A DNA stretch of 38,718 nucleotides from a virus (Duplodnaviria > Caudoviricetes): the IMG/VR virus record IMGVR_UViG_3300012921_000076, positions 1-38,718 of that record; one strand, 5' to 3'. Below, in pieces: positions 34,101-38,718 of the stretch. The position numbers and the translations under genes were made by a program. The notes below the pieces were generated by a model. That model did no database searches and was not told the origin of the DNA. It was given only the letters and a program-made list of their open reading frames with translations. Within the stretch, counting starts at the first letter, position 1. The number at the start of each line of letters is the position of its first letter.

Positions 34101-34388
34101 ATGAAAACCGAAACCGCGCCGTTCGACACGGCCGACTATCTGGACAGCCCCGAGACGATCGCCGCCTATCTTGAAGCCGCCTTCGAAGACAACGACCCCG
34201 CCATGATCGCGCTTGCCCTTGGCAACGTCGCCCGCGCCAAAGGCATGACCGACATTGCCCGCCAGGCAGGAGTTTCGCGCGTGGCGCTGTACCAGTCGCT
34301 GAACGAGAAAGGCGACCCGAAGCTGTCCACCCTGATCGGCGTCATGAAGGCGCTTGGCCTGCGGCTGACGACTGCACCGGCAGCCTGA
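34101..34388 (+). CDS. HTH antitoxin (addiction module antidote protein)
   Basis: FDTADYLDSPETIAAYLEAAF...ALGNVARAKGMTDIARQAGVSRVALYQSL...GDPKLSTL. Confidence 0.92.
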   Translation: MKTETAPFDTADYLDSPETIAAYLEAAFEDNDPAMIALALGNVARAKGMTDIARQAGVSRVALYQSLNEKGDPKLSTLIGVMKALGLRLTTAPAA

Positions 34389-35043
34389 TCCGGTTCACCA
34401 CGTCGCGAGAGGGCATGTCGTCGAGATCGGTCAGCGCAAACTCGACGTGCGTCATGCGGCCGAAGATCGACACCAGCGCCTGCAGCCTGTCCGGCGCGGT
34501 CAGCTTCTCGACCTCGGCCAGGAAGCCGGTGAACGGGCCGGCGCGTACCGTGAATTCTTCGCCCGGCGCGAAGTGCTCGGCGACGAGCTCGTCGTAGCTG
34601 CGGACCTCCTGCCCTGCCGCCAGCGCTGCGGCGATCTGCTCGGCTTCGCGTTTCTCGGCCCGGCTGGCGGTCTCGTCGAAGACGCCATTCTGCTCATCGG
34701 TGCAAAGGTCCACGACGATCTTTGATGGTATCTGCAGCGGGCCGTCTGCTGTGCCGAGCAGGCCGAGCACCATCGGCTTGCCGTAGGCCTTGAACCGATC
34801 ACCACGCAGGCGTGCGTTCAGGTCCGCAGCCGCTCGGTGCCGTGTGCCGGCGAAGATGTAGCCCGGCAACAGCGCCGTCTGTCGCTCGGTGTTCACCCGC
34901 TGCCGACGGTTGAACCGATCATATCGGCGACGAGGCAAATACACTTCGATGCCGGCGACCATGGCGCGGACCATGATCGTTTCCTCGGTCCGCGGCGTGA
35001 CGCGCGCGACGTACCAATCGAGATCAGGAGACGGGAACTTCAT
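34342..35043 (-). CDS. NusG-paralogue transcription antiterminator
   Basis: NGN domain (WYVARV...YLP...LLPGYIF) and KOW domain (GPFTGF...VSIFGR). Confidence 0.88.
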   Translation of the reverse strand: MKFPSPDLDWYVARVTPRTEETIMVRAMVAGIEVYLPRRRYDRFNRRQRVNTERQTALLPGYIFAGTRHRAAADLNARLRGDRFKAYGKPMVLGLLGTADGPLQIPSKIVVDLCTDEQNGVFDETASRAEKREAEQIAAALAAGQEVRSYDELVAEHFAPGEEFTVRAGPFTGFLAEVEKLTAPDRLQALVSIFGRMTHVEFALTDLDDMPSRDVVNRIRLPVQSSAAGQAPS

Positions 35044-35345
35044 GCGGTTGCCTTTTCGCTGGTGACGGGCTGGGCGAGCGCTGCGTCGATCATCTTCGGC
35101 CATTCGATCTCGGCAGCCTCGAATGTGCAGACCTTGCGCATATCAAGCGCGGGATCGCGGATGGCCTCGAGCACGGTGCGCACCATCGGCGCGTAGAAGG
35201 TCCACGCCGCAGCATGGAAGCCGTGCACGGGCAGGCGGGTGAGCCCATCGATGTTGAGCAGGATCTCTGGCGTCACCACCTCGTCGGGGTCGTGACCTCT
35301 GGCCTTGCAGAGGGCGCGGGCGGCCATTTCGATTGTCGACATCAT
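35040..35345 (-). CDS. Hypothetical phage protein
   Basis: IEMAARALC...VLEAIRDP...WPKMIDAAL; ATGA-coupled to the nusG-like gene. Confidence 0.75.
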   Translation of the reverse strand: MMSTIEMAARALCKARGHDPDEVVTPEILLNIDGLTRLPVHGFHAAAWTFYAPMVRTVLEAIRDPALDMRKVCTFEAAEIEWPKMIDAALAQPVTSEKATA

Positions 35346-35450
35346 TCGCAAATTTCTCTCCGACAGGTTCGGCCTCTAGCGCGCGCGTGGCGCGCATACG
35401 CACGCACGTGCACGTGCAGGTGCGCTCACGCATGCGCGTGCGACCGCCGA

Positions 35451-35990
35451 TCATCTGCGCACCACCCGATGCCCGGCAGCGCCAACGCGCTCGTACCCGG
35501 GAACCTCGCTGCGGTTCGGATTGTCCGGCACCCCGGCCAAAGCCTCCTTGCTGTACTTCGCCTCGAGATCGGCGTGCGCCGGGCCTTCAACCGCGTTCGG
35601 GTCGATCCCCATTGAGCGGCGAAAGTGGGCCATCTGCTCGACGTGCCGGGCGAGTTCATCGGCTGGCCTTGGCCGCCACTTTGTCGGCTCTAACTCCGTG
35701 CGTAAGTGTTCGGGCTGCGCAGGCGCAGGGAGGCGCGGACGTTCCCTCACCTCGATCAACTTGACCTGCCGCTCGGCCGCTTCGCGAAACTCGGCGATCG
35801 ATGGGCAGAACGTCTTGTTCTGCCCGGGGACGGAACCGGAGATGTAGCGGTTCGCTGTTTCTTGGATGGCGCGATCAGGAATATCCGCCAGCACCTCGCT
35901 GTAGGTCAACAACAGGACCTTGACGTTCGCCGTCGACTGCGGGAAGGCGTTGAGCATCTTGGCGATTTGCATTTCGGAGTGAGTGTTCAT
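35451..35990 (-). CDS. Replication-associated (helicase loader-like) protein
   Basis: Follows the initiator; TYSEVLADIP..AI...FCPSIAEFR pattern. Confidence 0.6.
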   Translation of the reverse strand: MNTHSEMQIAKMLNAFPQSTANVKVLLLTYSEVLADIPDRAIQETANRYISGSVPGQNKTFCPSIAEFREAAERQVKLIEVRERPRLPAPAQPEHLRTELEPTKWRPRPADELARHVEQMAHFRRSMGIDPNAVEGPAHADLEAKYSKEALAGVPDNPNRSEVPGYERVGAAGHRVVRR

Positions 35991-36696
35991 CGCGGGCGTC
36001 CCGGATTTCGGCGAGGGCTTTGAAGGGATCTTCTCGGCCGCGCGGCGGCGCCGTAGATCGCGGCGGCTGACCGCGTCGATCGTCCGCCGCCTTCCGGCAC
36101 CAGTTGCGCCATGTGGCGGGCCAATCAGCCTTCACGCCTTTCTGGCCAGGCGCACCCCGGAAGTAGTCGGCGAACTTGGCAGCCTCTCGCTGCGCGTCGG
36201 CTTCGGTCAGCCCCTCGGCAGTGGCGACAGCAAGATCGGGAACGAAATTGTCGGGAAGGCGACAAGCCCGCTTTTTGGAAGAACCGGTAGGTTCTTCTTT
36301 TTGTAGGTTACTGGTAAAAGGTGTTCCCGCGCGTGTATCCGCACTTGCAGCGTCTGCGCTCCGCACATGATCAGCATTTGCTGAGCTTTTGCTACCCCGA
36401 AGCGATCCAGCTGCTTTGCGTTTGTTGATGATCTCCTCAGCTTTTGCCAACTCGGCGTCGATGCGCTTATGGCGCCAGCCGTCCTTGAAGAGCATCGCGA
36501 GAACGTCGCGGCTCTCTTGCCACTCGGCAGCGGACAGCCGCGCAATCCTCGCTATCAGGCGCTCGTCATCAGGCAGCCCGCCCTTTTGCCAGTAGTGCAT
36601 GATCAGGAGCATGTAAGCGCCAACCTCCGGCGCCGTCAGGTGGCCCGTGTCGGCGAGGAAATCGGAAATGTAGAGCGGCATCCACGGGCGGCTCAT
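35875..36696 (-). CDS. DUF1376/YdaU-family replication initiator with DnaT-like C-terminus
   Basis: PWMPLYISDFLADTGHLT..EVGAYMLLIMHYW...GLPDD; RLPDNF.P...KFADYF...DWPATWRNW. Confidence 0.85.
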   Translation of the reverse strand: MSRPWMPLYISDFLADTGHLTAPEVGAYMLLIMHYWQKGGLPDDERLIARIARLSAAEWQESRDVLAMLFKDGWRHKRIDAELAKAEEIINKRKAAGSLRGSKSSANADHVRSADAASADTRAGTPFTSNLQKEEPTGSSKKRACRLPDNFVPDLAVATAEGLTEADAQREAAKFADYFRGAPGQKGVKADWPATWRNWCRKAADDRRGQPPRSTAPPRGREDPFKALAEIRDARDEHSLRNANRQDAQRLPAVDGERQGPVVDLQRGAGGYS

Positions 36697-36735
36697 CTGC
36701 GGCGCTCCACGGGGCAGTCGATTCGAAGGCCGGAG

Positions 36736-36930
36736 CTACGCCGCCTCGCCGACGATAGCCGCGATCAACTTGCGCCGAGACGCGACCCAGCGACCACCCA
36801 CCTTCCGAGCCGGTAACTGGCCAGTTTCGAGCAGCCTGAAGGTCTGCCTTTCGGTGCGGCTAATCGCCTTTGCAATTGCCGAAACCTCCCAGAGAAGATC
36901 GTCCTGTCCCTCGTCTGTTTGCGTCGTCAT
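36736..36930 (-). CDS. Xis/Cro-like small HTH DNA-binding protein
   Basis: DLLWEVSAIAKAISRTERQTFRLLETGQLPARKVGGRWVASRRKL; GGAG RBS. Confidence 0.82.
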   Translation of the reverse strand: MTTQTDEGQDDLLWEVSAIAKAISRTERQTFRLLETGQLPARKVGGRWVASRRKLIAAIVGEAA

Positions 36931-36963
36931 GGGTTTCTGTTTCTCCGTGTTGGCGCCCTATAC

Positions 36964-37035
36964 TGGCTGTTAGCCATCATCATACGTGACTGCCACCTGT
37001 CCTTGTGTCAATAGGAAATGTGTGGCTAATAGCCA
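36964..37035. promoter_or_regulatory. Two palindromic operators in the divergent control region
   Basis: TGGCTGTTAGCCA (36964-36976) and TGGCTAATAGCCA (37023-37035); minus-strand TTGACA at 37006-37011. Confidence 0.65.
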
Positions 37036-37037
37036 GC

Positions 37038-37514
37038 GTGCCAAAGAAGCCGCTGCAACCCCAAGACAAGTATGTCGTGCGTCTGCCTGACGGGCTCCGA
37101 GATCGGATTCGCGAAGCCGCAGCCGAAAACGGCAGGTCCATGAACGCCGAAATTGTCGCTCGGCTTGAGAAGTACCCAAAGCTGGCCGGCCTAGAACCCC
37201 TCCTAGCCTTCGCCAACGCCGAGCGCGCTCGCCTCGAACAGGAGGCAGTGTTTCTGAAGGAGCAACACGAGTTTTGGACGAATGTTGTTACTGAAGCCTC
37301 GGCGAACGTCGTCGAAGGGGGTTCGGAACACCAAAAGCTTGGTGGCGTGATCGAGCGGATGCGCCGCGAGCTCACGAAGTTATTGCTCGATCGCCGCGAC
37401 GCTGAGAAAGCCCAGGTGCAAGCGTTAATGGAACAGCAGGCCGAGTTGATCGATCAACTCCGCTCGACCCAACGGCTGGTTTCCGGCGCGGCAAAGCGCC
37501 AGAAACGAGATTGA
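37038..37514 (+). CDS. Arc-family (RHH) regulator with C-terminal coiled coil
   Basis: [36 protein letters not shown]. Confidence 0.9.
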   Translation: MPKKPLQPQDKYVVRLPDGLRDRIREAAAENGRSMNAEIVARLEKYPKLAGLEPLLAFANAERARLEQEAVFLKEQHEFWTNVVTEASANVVEGGSEHQKLGGVIERMRRELTKLLLDRRDAEKAQVQALMEQQAELIDQLRSTQRLVSGAAKRQKRD

Positions 37515-37518
37515 CGAA

Positions 37519-38718
37519 ATGTCGGTCCGTAAGCGTACATGGACTTCTGGCAAGGGCGTCGAAAGGACCGCCTGGGTCGTTGACTATGTCGACACGAAGG
37601 GTGCCCGCCGGCTCAAGACGTTCGCCAAGAAGAAGGACGCCGATGCCTTCGCCGCAAAGGCGTCGATCGAAGTTCGTGAAGGCACCCACGTCGCCGACAG
37701 CGACAGCGTCACCGTCGAGACCGCCGGACGCATGTGGCAGGCCACGTGCGAAGCAGCCGGGCTCGAGCGATCGACGTTGGCTCAGTATCGCCAACACCTT
37801 AAGCTCCACATCATCCCTCTGATCGGCTCAACGCTGATGTCGCGATTGACCGTGCCGGTCGCCCGCAAGTTTGAGGACGATCTGCGAGAGCAAGGCCGAT
37901 CGGTGGCCATGGTTAGGAAGATCATGACCAGCTTCGGATCGCTAATCGCCGACGCGCAGGAACGGGGGCTCGTTACCCGCAACGCTGTCCGGGAGCGTCG
38001 TCGCGGCCGCCACAAAGGCAAGGAGCGGCGCCAGGAAAGGCGGCAGAAGGGCAAGCTGAAGGTTGGCATCGATATTCCGACACCTGTGGAAGCAAAGGCC
38101 ATCGTCGGCGCACTCATGGGCCGGTGGCGGCCATTGCTGCTGACGGCGATCTTCGTAGGCCTTCGTGCGTCCGAGTTACGCGGGCTGCGCTGGAGCGACG
38201 TCGATCTGGATCGCCGGACGATCCGCGTTCATCAGCGGGCCGACCGCTTCAATGACATCGGCCGGCCGAAGTCAGAAGCGGGCGAGCGAACAGTTCCAGC
38301 GCCGCCCATCGTGATCAACGCGTTGCGCGAATGGAAGCTGGCGTGCCCACGAAGCGACATCGACTTGGTGTTCCCGAACGGCGCCGGCAAGATCGAAAGC
38401 CTCGCCAACATCATCAACCGCGGGCTGATCCCCGCGATGATTGCGGCGGGCGTCACCACGGACACAGGCAAGCGAGATGAGTCCGGGCAACCGATCCTCG
38501 CCGCCAAGTACACCGGCATGCACGCGTTGCGGCATTTCTACGCGTCATGGTTGATCAATCGTCCACAGGACGGTGGACTCGGCCTGTTGCCCAAGGTCGT
38601 GCAAGAGCGGCTGGGGCACTCGTCGATCGTGATCACCATGGATACCTACGGCCACCTCTTTCCGTCGAGCGATGACGCCGACGAGATGGCGGCCGCTGAA
38701 CGAGCGCTGCTCGGATAG
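37519..38718 (+). CDS. int: Tyrosine recombinase (integrase)
   Basis: Arm-binding N-terminus; catalytic GLRASE, PKS, HALRH, LGH, DTY. Confidence 0.97.
   Translation: MSVRKRTWTSGKGVERTAWVVDYVDTKGARRLKTFAKKKDADAFAAKASIEVREGTHVADSDSVTVETAGRMWQATCEAAGLERSTLAQYRQHLKLHIIPLIGSTLMSRLTVPVARKFEDDLREQGRSVAMVRKIMTSFGSLIADAQERGLVTRNAVRERRRGRHKGKERRQERRQKGKLKVGIDIPTPVEAKAIVGALMGRWRPLLLTAIFVGLRASELRGLRWSDVDLDRRTIRVHQRADRFNDIGRPKSEAGERTVPAPPIVINALREWKLACPRSDIDLVFPNGAGKIESLANIINRGLIPAMIAAGVTTDTGKRDESGQPILAAKYTGMHALRHFYASWLINRPQDGGLGLLPKVVQERLGHSSIVITMDTYGHLFPSSDDADEMAAAERALLG

Larger units (their letters stand above)
1..38718. mobile_element. Temperate podovirus-like prophage (boundaries not resolved; the leftmost ~4.4 kb may partly belong to an adjacent element)
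   Basis: Integrase, replication, terminase-portal-scaffold-capsid, tail tube, ejection proteins, fibre and lysis genes in phage order; no tape-measure or sheath gene. Confidence 0.93.

Noticed and set aside
35143-35454. ATGA-coupled 103-aa ORF
   Set aside because: Overlaps the more convincing 35040-35345 gene and has low-complexity composition; kept only as a DNA-structure observation
1-38718. att sites, tRNA genes, CRISPR arrays, diversity-generating retroelement
   Set aside because: No terminal direct repeat, cloverleaf, repeat-spacer array, reverse transcriptase or TR/VR pair seen; the window ends at the integrase stop, so an att site probably lies outside

Overview
The window is an essentially complete (~38.7 kb), high-GC temperate podovirus-like prophage, most likely in an alphaproteobacterium (Rhizobiales-type LexA box and gene families). 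Right end: tyrosine integrase, Arc-family regulator, Xis-like HTH gene, DUF1376/YdaU replication initiator with partner, a NusG-paralogue antiterminator, and an inserted RelE/HTH toxin-antitoxin pair. A long minus-strand late operon follows: terminases, portal, scaffold, major capsid, decoration protein, tail tube/adaptor, GNAT, three DNA-ejection proteins, tail fibre and lysis cassette. Left end: ERF/YqaJ recombination operon under an RHH regulator with three operators, a LexA-box-controlled cassette, and a run of four small excisionase-associated genes with no adjacent integrase. The most notable accessory loci are: (i) a CMP-nonulosonate synthetase plus a Maf/DUF115-like transferase embedded in the head gene block, a candidate virion glycosylation system; (ii) a PRTase read in frame into the small terminase and set head-to-head with a SLOG gene; (iii) the excisionase-like array; (iv) a Gp49/66-family gene in the lysis cassette; (v) a SieA-like antisense membrane moron; (vi) several repeated leader motifs and structured intergenic regions. 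All family assignments come from motif recognition by eye; no database searches were run. No att sites, tRNAs or CRISPR arrays were found.
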